Assembly: GCF_006345805.1 (NCBI RefSeq)
Contig: NC_043021.1
Location: 3,782,001-3,846,000, forward strand
DNA: 64,000 bases
Source: Octopus sinensis
Taxonomy: Eukaryota
Direction: 5' to 3'
Shown in pieces: positions 1-12,270 of this stretch. Made by a program: the position numbers and the translations under genes. Numbering within the stretch: position 1 is the stretch's first letter; the number at the start of each line of letters is the position of its first letter. The notes below the pieces were generated by a model, which was given only the letters and a program-made list of their open reading frames with translations, did no database searches and had not been told where the DNA came from.

Positions 1-468
1 TCGGATACCTTTTAAATTAATCTTTTACCTTGTAATTGTTTGTTTCATGCTTTGTACTGTAGGGGCCCAGTAGGGACCCATGCTGGGGCACTGCCTTGAA
101 GAATTTAGTCCAACAAATCAACTCCAGTATTTGTTTATTTACTCTTTTACTCTTTTACTTGTTTCAGTCATTTGACTGCGGCCATGCTGGAGCACCGCCT
201 TTAGTCGAGCAAATCGACCCCGGGACTTATTCTTTGTAAGCCCAGTACTTATTCTATCAGTCTCTTTTGCCGAACCGCTAAGTGACGGGGACATTTATTT
301 TTTTATTTTTATGCTGGACAACTTATCCTATCAGTCTCTTTAGACAAACTATTTAGTTATGCAGACATATACAAACCAACACCAGTGGTCAAATGGTGAT
401 GAGAGACAAACACAAAGACACGCACACACACAGTCATAAACACACACACACATGCGTATGTATATATA

Positions 469-506
<38 letters not shown>

Positions 507-835
507 TGTGACCAACCAGGCTATCAGATGTTGCTACACATCGCTGGTCACAATGCGCTTTGCATTGTTTTAGCCTTCAAATGACGCTACCCCACTGGCT
601 AAGCGAGCAGGCCAACAGAAGAAAGTGTGAGAGAAAGTTGTGGTGAAAGAGTACAGCAGGGATCACCACCATCCCCTGCCGGAGCCTCGGGGGGCTTTTC
701 AGGTGTTTTCGCTCAATAAACACTCACAACGCCCGGTCTGGGAATCGAAACTGTGATTCTACGATCGCGAGTCCGCTGCCCTAACCACTGGGCCATTGCA
801 CCTCTCTCTCTCTCTCTCTATATATATATATTCTT

Positions 836-1108
836 CGAAATGCAATTCATGGTGTCTGATTATATTGTGAGTTTTCTTTTTTAAATCAATTTTTGTGAAC
901 CCATGGAAAGATAAAATATTCATGTTGTTTATGAATATGATTTCTGTCATGGAACCAATGCATCCCAGACACCTCGAAGCATCAATGAGGTGTTTGGTGA
1001 ATGAGCGCACTGTACATCAATGATTTGAGAAGTTCCGGTCTGGTGACTTTACTCTTGAAAATCAGCCCCATGGTAGACCCGAGACCAAGGTGGATAATGA
1101 TGAGCTGA
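836..1108 (+). mobile_element. Degraded mariner transposase N-terminal (HTH) fragment
   Basis: Translates as RSINEVFG..NERTVHQ*FEKFRSGDFTLENQPHGRPETKVDNDEL, a typical mariner HTH segment. Confidence 0.8.
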
Positions 1109-2621
1109 CACAGAGTGTCACAAGGCTGGCCTTTTAAAATAGGGGTACAACTCATTTTTGCCAGCTGAGTGGACTGGAGCAACGTGAAATAAAGTGTCTT
1201 GCTCAAGGACACAATGCGTAACTGGGAATCGAACTCACAACCTTACAATCGTGAGCAGAATGCCCTAACCACTGAGCCACGCGCCTTCACAATGCTGGCA
1301 TAGGTTGAATGAGACTTACTGAATCAGTTTCTAAGGCTGGAAACTCTTCCTGTTGCTAACCCTTATTTGTAAGGTATTTTAAATTCATTTGTTTTTGTGA
1401 CATGGTACAATTGAGTGTAGGACGAACAACAACAACAAAAACAACAACACATCATTGCAGAATGTGACATGGAAATCTAAAAATAACAAAATATTGAAAC
1501 CTTGAGGTAAATAAATAATTATCTGCTTAGATAATAACATTCAGAAAATATTTATAAGTCTTTTTTTTTTTTTTTTTTTTGCTTCTTGAATATATCTGAT
1601 AATCTTATAAAACTTCAATCTTTTAGACTTAGGATTTATTTTATTATCTGAAAAGATATTGTTGAGAGCAACTTCTCTTTATTCAGTAGCACACATACAT
1701 ATTTAGGTAGTATTTAGAAGTATTTAGAAGTAGTGATTTGAGTTTTATAAATGTTAAAAACGGAAAGATTATACACAAGTTACTTCACTGAAATAAATGC
1801 TAACTTTGAAAAGACTGAATTTGTAAAAATAAAAGTAAAATTGAGTAAAATGAGTGCTAATGTACTTGTTTTGGTGATCCAATAAATTTTAGTTTCGGTA
1901 ATTAAAGTTAGTGATGAAGAACACAACAACAACAACAACGACAATAAGAATTGTTATTTTTAATGATTACTTCTGGTCAAAGAGGGCAAGGGAGACAATC
2001 TGCTAATTTTCGTAAATTAAAAATAGACAGAAACTGAAAGAAGCCTGCCATATGTGTGTGTGTGTGTGTGTATCTGTATTTGTTCCTTCACCACTGTTTG
2101 ACAAGCAGTGTCGGTGTATTCATGTCTCCGTAACTTAGCGGTTTAGCAAAAGTGACTGATTGAAATGAGTGCTGGAGTCAATTCATTTGCCTAAAGAAAG
2201 TCTTCAAAGCACTGCTCCAGGATGGCCACAATCTAATGACTGAATCAATTAAAACTAACTAAAGAACACTATTTTGTTAAATCCTTTAGCATTCAGATTA
2301 CTCTGTCAAATGTAATGCTTTATTTATTCACATTGTTTTGAATTAATCTTGCATTATCTCATAGCTCTGAGATTTCAATGATGTGATTATGTATTTTTGG
2401 AATGACATTGTAGGCTAGGTGTAATAAGCCAGATCTGGCCAGTTTGAACATAAAACAGGTTGAATATTTGAGCCAGTTTAAATGCTGAATGAATTATAGA
2501 AAAAAAAAAATTGTTCTTGAAACAAAGAAATATTGATTTTGAACCTGCCAAATATAAGTATTTTTTATTTAAATATTGTGAAATTCAGTTTTAATCCACG
2601 TGTATCTCTTTCATTTAACAG

Positions 2622-2681
2622 ATATAAAATCTGTTGTTTCTTTTGTTGAGGAAGTTACTGTTTACAGAGATGAAGATGTTG
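2622..2681 (+). CDS. EFCAB5: Probable EFCAB5-like internal micro-exon (xIKSVVSFVEEVTVYRDEDV)
   Basis: tttaacAG acceptor and GTAAGT donor. 60 nt, open only in phase 1-1, which fits the downstream phase-1 exons. No homology recognised. Confidence 0.5.
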
Positions 2682-3072
2682 GTAAGTAGCAATGTTGTAT
2701 TAAATTTTAGGTTTTACTAAGGCTCCAGTTTATTTATTTATAGCATCAGCTGTGAGTATTTAATGAGTATCCACATTGTCGGGTGTGAGAGGCTGGATCA
2801 TGCTAATGTTTCTGCCAGCTCGTTGCTTTACTAGAACAAATATATTGAACTGCAAAAGTACCTAAGCTTGTTTACTGACATATTAGTACTTAGGTCTGTT
2901 ATGAACCATAGGACTCCTAAGACCAGAGCTTAATCCAGTTTCCACCCCTGGATAGAGCACCTGTCCCTTACAGGGTTAACTTCCTAGCAATTGCTGGAAC
3001 TCATTTACAGTTGAATAGGCTGAACCAACTTAAAAATGAAGTGTTTTGCAAATTACACACTCTCTCTCTCTC

Positions 3073-3294
3073 TCTTTTACTCTTTTACTTGTTTCAGTCA
3101 TTTTGACTGCGGCCATGCTGGAGCACCGCCTTTAGTCGAGCAAATCGACCCCGGGACTTATTCTTTGTAAGCCCAGTGCTTATTCTATCGGTCTCTTTTG
3201 CCGAACCGCTAAGTGACGGGGACATAAACACACCAGCATTGGTTGTCAAGCAATGCTAGGGGGACAAACACAGACACACAAACACACACACACA

Positions 3295-3351
<57 letters not shown>

Positions 3352-3514
3352 GACAGGCTTCTTTCAGTTTTCCGTCTACCAAATCCACTCACAAGGCATT
3401 GGTCGGCCCGGGGCTATAGTAGAAGACACTTGCCCAAGGTGCCACGCAGTGGGACTGAACCTGGAACCATGTGGTTGGTTAGCAAGCTACTTACCACACA
3501 GCCACTCCTGCGCC
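3073..3514 (-). mobile_element. tRNA-derived SINE family A, full length, with an internal microsatellite
   Basis: Head with A and B boxes (ggcgcaggagtggctgtgtgg...ggttcagtccc), internal (TA)n/(CA)n, tail aagtaaaagagtaaaagag. Probably one of the described octopus SINE families; not verified. Confidence 0.85.
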
Positions 3515-4165
3515 TGTGTAACACAATTTTTATCTTTGGGTAGCAACTGTTCTTTCCTATTTCCTTATCCATAGAAAGTATGATAAATGGCTAAAATTTC
3601 CTTTAAACTTTGCTTATGTTACATTTATTAAAACCCCAAAGAATCCCTCTCAACACACGGCCCTAATGCCCTCCCCATTACTCCTGCTCATCGTAAGAGA
3701 TGCACATATTGTCAGCCACTAAGGGACATGCTCAAGTGGTTAAGACCAAGCAACTGACATGAAAATTTGTGGTATTGAACAGAATATTTTCTATAATGAT
3801 ATTTCTGCTTCAGCAACTCTGTGCTGAATCTATCTGAAATGTAATGGAAAATAGGTAAGTTTTAAGACATTGATGTCCAGGTCAAAGAAGCAAACTTTGA
3901 AGGGGAAAGTAGTCATTTCTTTTGATTTCTAGATAGAAGCAAATAGGAAATAATACTTAATGACCAAAGATGAAAAAAAAAAAAAATTTTAAATTTTGTT
4001 ACATTGTGTTATTGGTATAAATAGAGAAGCATTATTTTTTTTCTAATGAAGTCAGTATTATTTCTTTTATATCAAAATTTATGTGTGCCTAGTTAAGATG
4101 ATATTTTTTAAATGTATACATTTCTGAATTTCTACTTCATACCCATCAACCATCAACGGAAACAG

Positions 4166-4192
4166 TAACGGAGCGTATTGCTGCAGAAGATG
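4166..4192 (+). CDS. EFCAB5: Possible 27-nt micro-exon (xTERIAAED); acceptor uncertain
   Basis: Strong G|GTGAGT donor at 4193. Frame is open from 4102. The only in-phase AG is at 4164-4165 and has a weak pyrimidine tract. Confidence 0.3.
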
Positions 4193-5201
4193 GTGAGTAG
4201 AATTATGTGCTTTGCTTTCATATCAACACAATGGTTAAGTAAGGTTTGAACACATGGTTATATACATATATGTCATCAGTATAATTAAGTGGTGATGGAG
4301 TGGGAGTTGATATAATTAATGTAATGAGAGTCTCCTCCCTATTTCTAATCATTTAACATTACATCTGAAATGAAAAGAAAACAATCATTACCATTAATGA
4401 TGATTCTTGTTGAGAAATTCCTATTTTTAATCAATTAAAATTACACCTGCAATAAACAGTCAAACCATCCTTAGTATTAATGATAATTCTTGTCAAGAAA
4501 GGCATGGGAGATAACTCCAATATTCAAAGGGATAAAAAATTGATTGGTGGGGATGAGTCTGGTCTTTGAAAGCATCCTCCACTCGGTCTTAGTAGTTCTC
4601 CTCTTACTCGCACTCAACAGATCTAAAGAATGATTCAAATAATTAGGATTATGAGTTCTTTGACAACTTATTTGCAGGTGTATTCAGGGCATATGTCTGA
4701 AGATATACAGTGGAACTTTGACTTAAGAATGAGTACTGGGGTCGATTTGTTCAACTGAACTCCTAGTTGGAAATCCAGCCTATCACAGGGTTACGCATTT
4801 ACAACTGAGTGGAGCAACCTAAAATAAAGTGTTTTGCTTAGGAGCATAACACATAGCTTGGTCTGGGAATTGAACCCACAATCTAGCAATTGCGAGTGCA
4901 ACACCCTCACCACTAGGCCAGGCACCTTCACACACACATATAATATATATATAGATCTTTTTTCTTTTACTTGTTTCAGTCATTAGACTGTGGCCATGCT
5001 GGGGCATCACCTTGAAGAATTTTTAGTCGAATGAACTAACCCTAGTACTTTTTTTAAAGCCTGGAACTTATTCTATTTTTGGTCTCCCTTGCTAAACCAC
5101 TAGGTTATAGGGACATAAACAAACCAACAAAGGTAGTCAAGCAGCAGTTGAGGCACAAACACGAACTTAAAGACACATACGCACATATATATACATATAC
5201 A

Positions 5202-5260
<59 letters not shown>

Positions 5261-5372
5261 ATATGACGTTTTTTCAGTTTCCAGCTATCAATCCACTCAC
5301 AAGGCTTGGATTTTGCCCAAGGTTATAGCAGAAGGCACTTACCCAAGGTACCATATATATATATATATATAT

Positions 5373-5578
5373 GTATAGAAATTAAATATAAATTATAAAT
5401 TACAAAGTGGGACAAGAATGCAAAAACACACAAAGAGATGAAATTGCTAAGATGATCTGGTTCCTGACTGAAGATTAGAGGCTTCGAGTGACCTGTCTGT
5501 TTTTTTGTGTCGTCTCTTTGGGTGTTTTTGCATTCTTGTCCCACTTTGTAATTTATAATTTACATTTAATTTCTATAC
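5373..5578. repeat. Fold-back element, about 67-bp arms, next to (TA)n
   Basis: gtatagaaattaaat...caaagagatg versus its reverse complement at 5511-5578. Confidence 0.8.
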
Positions 5579-5627
5579 ACATATTATTGCGGCGTAACGT
5601 ACCCCTATCTCATATATATATATATAT

Positions 5628-6130
5628 ATATAATTAATTAATAAGGGTGAGAGAATTAGATACTAATTTAATAGTATATCTATTTAAATTAGTATCTAAT
5701 TCTCTCACCCTTATTAATTAATTATAATTATGCTGCATTTATTTCTAAATGCTGTATTTGTTTTCCGTGAAAATTTGGCGCGCTGTTAGTTGAGGCATTT
5801 GAATTATAACGTCGGATGTAATCAATTGAACCACACGCGTATTTATCGTTATGATAAAATCTGGCGTGTGATTGAGTGGATTTTAGCCAGATAGTTTTGG
5901 CTGAGGAGCTACAAGTGGATTTTTTTGTAAGTAAAATTACATTTAATTCATTAATAGCGAAACAATTGTCCCAAAATAATCTGTATTTTTGTTATTTTTT
6001 ATTTGCCCTGTCCGTGTGAGCTAACAATCGTACTGACTTTCATGGGAAACATGTATTTTTGTGGTTGAAACCTATTGGATTAACTGGTGCTAGAGTGAGC
6101 CATATAGTGACCACTCTCTTATATTTATTT
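5628..6130 (+). mobile_element. Hammerhead-bearing non-autonomous element (Penelope-like/retrozyme-like) with a 5' palindrome
   Basis: Bounded by (TA)n on both sides. Contains the palindrome at 5628-5725 and the hammerhead at 5888-5983. Class assignment is inference. Confidence 0.55.
5888..5983 (+). ncRNA. Type I hammerhead ribozyme motif (canonical core)
   Basis: UUUUGG-CUGAGGA-GCUA...UAGC-GAAAC-AAUU-GUC|CCAAAA. All core nucleotides and stems I, II and III are present. Predicted cleavage after 5970. Confidence 0.85.
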
Positions 6131-6282
6131 TATATATATATATATATATATGTGTGTGTGCGTGTGTGTGTATTCTCATCAATATCTTCAGATTTCTCAC
6201 TTAAAGAAAAACAGCTAATAAGCAAACATACTTTGTGCATGATCCAATCTTAACTTAAGACTTCTTATTTCACGAGGTGCAG

Positions 6283-6479
6283 ATAAACTTCCCCAAAGAC
6301 AAATAGATTTTTCTCCATCAGCTTTTGATTTAAATGCTCTGACTGCCTTACAATTTGTTCAACTGCTGAAAAGTTTCTTGACTGAACAACATTCTACGAC
6401 CATGTTTGATATTTTGGTTGGCTGTTTTCATGAAAATTATCAAGAAAGTCCTGATGAGAAACTGCAACGACTCAGAAAG
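6283..6479 (+). CDS. EFCAB5: EFCAB5-like exon (DKLPQRQIDFSPSAFDLNALTALQFVQLLKSFLTEQ...QESPDEKLQRLRK); 5' boundary ambiguous
   Basis: Resembles recalled human EFCAB5 [20 protein letters not shown]...YVETEQEKMNAL. Phase-0 GT donor at 6480. Alternative acceptors at 6191, 6222 and 6276. Confidence 0.75.
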
Positions 6480-6572
6480 GTAAAACCATTTTATTTATTA
6501 ATTATAATTTCTTTACAGTTGTTTCAGACACCAATATATATATATAATATATATATATATAATATATATATA

Positions 6573-6860
6573 TCTTTATATATAAAAGTGAAGTTGTGTA
6601 GTGTCTGTCTCCTACGATTTAGATTCCTAACTACTCCCACATTTTGCAGTGCAGTTTAACCAAAACCGGGTATCTTATAGTCGTGATTCATATCGAGCCC
6701 TTCTGGGTATTAGCGCACATCTACGATTTAAAAAAAAATTTACCATCATTTTTTTCCATTTTAATGCTTTTTTTTCGCTATTATATAAGTGTAGTAACTC
6801 TCTAAAAATGTCTACGATGAGTCAACGATTTAATTAAAATTTACCATAATTTTTTTTCCA
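6573..6860 (+). mobile_element. Non-autonomous Helitron, 5' part
   Basis: Begins TC-tttatatataaaagtgaagttg. Its body is the reverse complement of the 48364 copy. Confidence 0.65.
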
Positions 6861-6949
6861 TTGTCAAGCTTACAATCATGAGGTTGTGAGTTTGATTCTC
6901 AGATCAGGCTGTATATTGTGTTCTTGAGCAAGACCCTTTATTTCACGTG

Positions 6950-7330
6950 TGCAGTAGGTTTATTAAGTTGAGACTTATCATAGATAAATCAACAATTACA
7001 TTTATCTCTGTCTATGCTCCACTGGCTGAGTTAGCTGATGATCAGAAGAACCAAGTCTATGAGGTCCTTTTGCAGACGACCTCAACGACAAATGACAGAG
7101 ACTTCGTTATTGTGGTCAGCGACTTTAATGGATATGTTGGGCAGCATCCCCATGGATTCCATGGTGTGCATGGTAGTTTTGGCTTTGTTACCAGGAATGA
7201 GGAAGACACAAGGCTATTTGAGTTCTGTGATGCAAATGATCTTATGATTTGCAACACTAACTTTAGAAAGCCAGCCTGGTGGGGAATATAAGCCAGGTTG
7301 ATTACCTCCTCACCAGGCAAGGAGACAGGC
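6950..7330 (+). mobile_element. RTE-clade LINE AP-endonuclease fragment
   Basis: ISVYAP...SDFNGYVG...GVHGSFGF..RNEE..RLFEFCDANDLMICNTNFRK. A second fragment lies on the minus strand at about 35490-35570. Confidence 0.85.
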
Positions 7331-7924
7331 ATTCTGGCCTTCACTTAGAAAGAGAAGCCCTTTGTTGCCAGCTGAGGTAAAGGCTCCCTGGATCTTTTGC
7401 AACCCATTCTTACTCTGGCAATTATCCTTTGAGCCCGTCCACCTCCATTGCAAATTAGGTCATCTATATAACAGACATTGTCAAACTATGTCTGTAGAGC
7501 TTGCTAAGTATTTGAAGAAATTTTATGTGTGTGTATGTGTGTGTGCATGTGTGACTGTGTATGTGTGTATATACACATATTTTCTGATAATATATATATA
7601 TATATATATATATGTAAATTCATACAGATTTATCCACACACACACACACATATACATATATACATATAAATACCTTCACACACATTTACTAAATACAAAG
7701 AAAGGAATAAACAAAAGATTATAGATAAATATGGATTAAGTATAAAAAAAAGAATCAAAATAGGATTCAGCTAAATATTCTAAATAACAGATGAAATTGA
7801 GTAGATTATTCATATATCATATCATATCATATCATATATTATATTATGTATGTGTATACATATGTATATGAACATACATATCTGCATCTTTGTATGTGTA
7901 TATATATATATATATATATATACA

Positions 7925-8305
7925 CTCTTTTACTTGTTTCAGTCATTTGACTGCGGCCATGCTGGAGCACCACCTTTAGTCGAGCAAATCGACCCCGGGA
8001 CTTATTCTTTGTAAGCCCAGTACTTATTCTATCGGTCTCTTTTGCCGAACCGCTAAGTGACGGGGACGTAAACACACCAGCATCGGTTGTCAAGCAATGC
8101 TAGGGGGACAAACACACACACACACACACATACATATACATATATATACATATATACGACAGGCTTCTTTCAGTTTCCGTCTACCAAATCCACTCACAAG
8201 GCATTGGTCGGCCCGGGGCTATAGTAGAAGACACTTGCCCAAGATGCCATGCAGTGGGACTGAACCCGGAACCATGTGGTTGGTTAGCAAGCTACTTACC
8301 ACACT
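7925..8305 (-). mobile_element. SINE family A with an 18-bp flanking direct repeat
   Basis: Very similar to 3073-3514. tgaaattgagtagattat occurs at 7792-7809 and 8322-8339. Confidence 0.85.
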
Positions 8306-8494
8306 GCGTCTATATATATATTGAAATTGAGTAGATTATATATATATATAATTGATATAGGATAAAATTTTTTTCGGGGAAAAAAATTTTATCAATGGCC
8401 AGCATATCAAAAAATGCCTTTAAAGGTAAAATTTATACATAATTTACAAGATAAGGGCAGAAGAAAAATTCTAATGCCAGATACGCAGCAGATA

Positions 8495-8538
<44 letters not shown>

Positions 8539-8956
8539 TTCATATACACACACACACACACATGCATGCATATTTATGTTGCCTCACTAAATGGCAGGAA
8601 CTGAACGTTTCATTATAGACAGCACAGCTGCAACATGGCCTGTGAAATATCTGTGGCTATAATTTATTCAAGCTGTGATGGATATTTTCACAAAAAAAAA
8701 AAAGATGAAAATAATTGAGATTTTACATAAATTTAAATTACTTTTGTTTTCCATTTCTCACAACCGTATTTCTACACAACTAACAAACTATGACCAAAAA
8801 ACAAAAAAGAAAAATGCAAAGGACAATATTCCAAGTGAAATGCCTCCATATATCTTCCCGGTTCTTCTCTTTCTCAATTTACATAACAAAGTGATATAGA
8901 ATAATTAATAAAACTTTGATTGCCTGGTATTGATGAGATTCAAGTGAATCAAAATA

Positions 8957-9358
8957 GTTATATATGTATAAACATAGAGGGGACAAACAAAGGCAGACAA
9001 ACGGATTAAGTCGATTACATCGACCCCAGTGCGTAACTGGTACTTTATTTATCGACCCCGAAAGGATGAAAGGCAGTTGACCTCGGCGGAATTTGAACTC
9101 AGAACGTAACGGCAGACGAAATACCTATTTCTTTACTACCCACAAGGGGCTAAACACAGAGGGGACAAACAAAGGCAGACAAACGGATTAAGTCGATTAC
9201 ATCGACCCCAGTGCATAACTGGTACTTTATTTATCGACCCCGAAAGGATGAAGGGCAAAGTCGACCTTGGCGGAATTTGAACTCAGAACGTTACGGCAGA
9301 CGAAATACGGCTACGCATTTCGCCTGGCGTGCTAACGTCTCTGCCAGCTCGCAGCCTT
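8957..9358 (-). mobile_element. SINE family B near-dimer
   Basis: Same tail-to-head junction at about 9120. Monomers or partial copies at 11152-11372, 21345-21565, 25976-26408, 33301-33531, 36847-37133 and 57465-57692. Confidence 0.85.
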
Positions 9359-9529
9359 AGTTATATATGAGTTTATATAAGAGGTGCAGGCATGGCTGCG
9401 TGGTGAGGGTTTTGCTTGCCAGACACATTGTTCTGAGTTCAGTCCCACCTTGTGGCAAGTGCCTTCTACTATAGCTTTGGGCTAATGAAAGCCTTAAGTG
9501 AATTTGTTTGTGTGTGTGTGTGAGAGTAT

Positions 9530-9842
9530 TTAGACGCATTGACTTTCGGAAACATTTTTTCACGCTCAGAGTTGCTGAAGCATGGAACAAACTGCCTGCG
9601 TCAGTTGTTGACTGCCATGACACTGCATCCTTTAAGGCCCTCATGCTTTCCGAAATCCGCCGAAACTACATCTGATTGTCCCCATTCCATACTCATACAC
9701 ATATGTGTATGTCATGACTCATGCAGTGTTTTTTACTTGACGCTTGTACATTACCCCATGTACTATACATACACTTTAGTTGAGTTGTAGTGCACCTGAG
9801 CACTGTACACAATGTTTTTATTATTATTATTATTATTATTAT
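9530..9842 (+). mobile_element. 5'-truncated copy of the same CR1/L2-type LINE
   Basis: Matches 37520-37810 and ends in (ATT)n. Further copies at 33895-34100 (+) and 46675-46990 (-). Confidence 0.8.
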
Positions 9843-10018
9843 TAAGGCCTGACGGACATGTAAAGCTATGCACTTTATGGACGAAAAACCCTGAGTAACC
9901 CTATGAACCGGCCATAACTATCTTTATCTAAATGTTCTGCTGCTCTACAACTTAGAGTGTGCTTCTCTTTCAGATTTATGATTTGCTGATGATATGTATA
10001 TATAATTTCTTGTATATA

Positions 10019-10485
10019 GGTGCAGGAGTGGCTGTGTGGTAAAGAGCTTGCTTTCCAACCACATGGTCCCAGGTTCAGTCCCACTGCATGGTACCTTGGG
10101 CACGTGTCTTCTACCATAGCCATAGGCCGACCAAAGTCTTGTGAGTGGATTTGGTAGACAGAAACTGAAAGATGCCCATCATATGTGTCCGTGTGTGTCT
10201 GTGTGTCTGTGCGTGTGTGTCTGTGTATGTGTCTGTGTGTCTCTGTGTGTGTCTGTGTATGTGTGTGTGTGTGTGTGTGTTTGTCCCTCCCCTCCAACAT
10301 CGCTTGACAACCAGTATTGGAATGTTTATGTCCCTGTAACTTAGCGGTTCAACAAAAGTCACTGATAGAATAAGTACTAGGCTTACAAAGAATAAGTCCT
10401 GGGGTCGATTTGTTCAACTAAGGGCGGTGCTCCGGCATGGCCACAGTCAAATGACTGAAACAAGTAAAAGAATAAAAGAAAAGAA
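10019..10485 (+). mobile_element. SINE family A
   Basis: Same head, microsatellite and tail organisation. Confidence 0.8.
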
Positions 10486-12270
10486 AGAATATACCTAAAC
10501 AAGCTTTGAAACTCATCAAATCCAGGTTACCCCGAAGACAGTGCTGTACCCTGATTGTCAAACATGTCCTCAGACCCAATTCTGTTAACACATTACCTGT
10601 GAGAACATAGGACAGCATATTATATATGTGTGAGTGTGCGCAAATGTAGGTGTGTATGTGTGGATGTTTGTTTGTATGTGTGTCTTTAGATATATATGTA
10701 TGTATATATGTGTGTGAGTATGTATATGTACGTATATATGTCTATGTATGTGTGTGTGCATGTATGTATATATAATATTTTTTATGTATTATATATAAGC
10801 AATATATAATACATAAAAAAATATTATATATAAGCAATATATGTGTATAATACTTTAGATTAGTTTCTCTTTGGGTGTGTATATGTGAGAATTTGTTTTG
10901 TTTCCTCAATTTGGACATTTGCATATGCTCAACTACACTTTCCCACAAAGGGCGGAACCTGTTTTCAGTAGGTCAGAAATCAACCTTAATACCTGGACTA
11001 TAAACATTTCTTTAAAGCTTGTATGCCATTGGGAAAAGAAATTTGTCAAAGAGAGAAATGTCTATGGCATCCTTTAGCTCTCAAGACTTGCCAGGATTTG
11101 ATCCTGAACATCTCCCGATGGCATAAGAACTTTAAAAAACATGTTATATATTTCTTTACTACCCACAAGGGGCTAAACACAGAGGGGACAAACAAGGACA
11201 GACAAATGGATTAAGTCGATTACATCGCCCCCAGTGCATAACTGGTACTTAATTTATCGACCCCGAAAGGATAAGTCGACCTCGGCAGAATTTGAACTCA
11301 GAACGTAGCGGCAGACGAAATACGGCTACACATTTCGCCCGACGTGCTAACGTTTCTGCCAGCTCGCCGCCTTTAAAAAACATGTTATAGTTTACCATTA
11401 ATAATTTTTTATTGACACAAACCACCTTTAGTTTCTTAGGATTCTGTTGTATTTCTTAAAATTTTTAAATGTAGTCACAAATCTTTAGTGAAGATCTTCT
11501 CATCTTAATACACCTATTTCCATGTTTGCATGGGTCAGGTAGAATTTGTTCAGGTAGAATTTGTTCAGGTATATTTTCGATGGCCGGATGCCCTTCCTGT
11601 TGTTGACCCTCACCTGTTTCCAAGCCAAGTATTACTTCGCATGGCTGGGCATGTTTTCACGGAAGAATGGAATCAAGAGACCCTTCCTGTATAATGGTGA
11701 TGCTCATAACTACCATCACATGAAGTCAAGACAAACACACACACACACACACACACACATTGTGCTTTTCACAGTTTCTCTCTATTAAATCCACTCACAA
11801 GGCTTTGATCAGCACAGAGCTATGGTAGAAGACACTTGCACAAGGTGCCATCCTGTGGGACTGAACCTGAAATGACAAGGTTTGGAAGCAAGCCACTCAA
11901 CCATACAGCCATGCCTGGTATGTCATAAATGACAGCGTCCTTGGTACTGTTGTACTTTAAGTTCATAGCCATTGTGTAACATGAATAGATCTAGGTTCCT
12001 GGGCACGTGTACTGACTTCTAACATAGAACGTCCCAATTTGTTCAGCTGTACAAGGTGTTATCATCATATTTGACAGCTTACCAAGTATGCATTTTTGTC
12101 TCCTAAAAAAAAATGTCCCAGAAAATCAGTATGTCTTATAAGGTCAGATAACTGGTAAGTGATGGTTTAAGAAAGAACATTCCTAAAAATTAAAGTGCAT
12201 TCAAGGGAGGGGGAGTTCCAAAATGAAGGGTTGCTACCTTATGCTGCTAATAAACCCTCAAATACATATA

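Noticed and set aside
3814-3854. Plus-strand exon with good AG and GTAAGT signals
   Set aside because: It has stop codons in all three frames.
6240-6242. Selenocysteine reading of the in-frame TGA
   Set aside because: EFCAB5 is not a known selenoprotein, and I saw no SECIS-like element after 46517.
6451-6490. CTGATGA...GAAA inside the EFCAB5 exon
   Set aside because: The helices do not fit the hammerhead register; it is explained by coding sequence.
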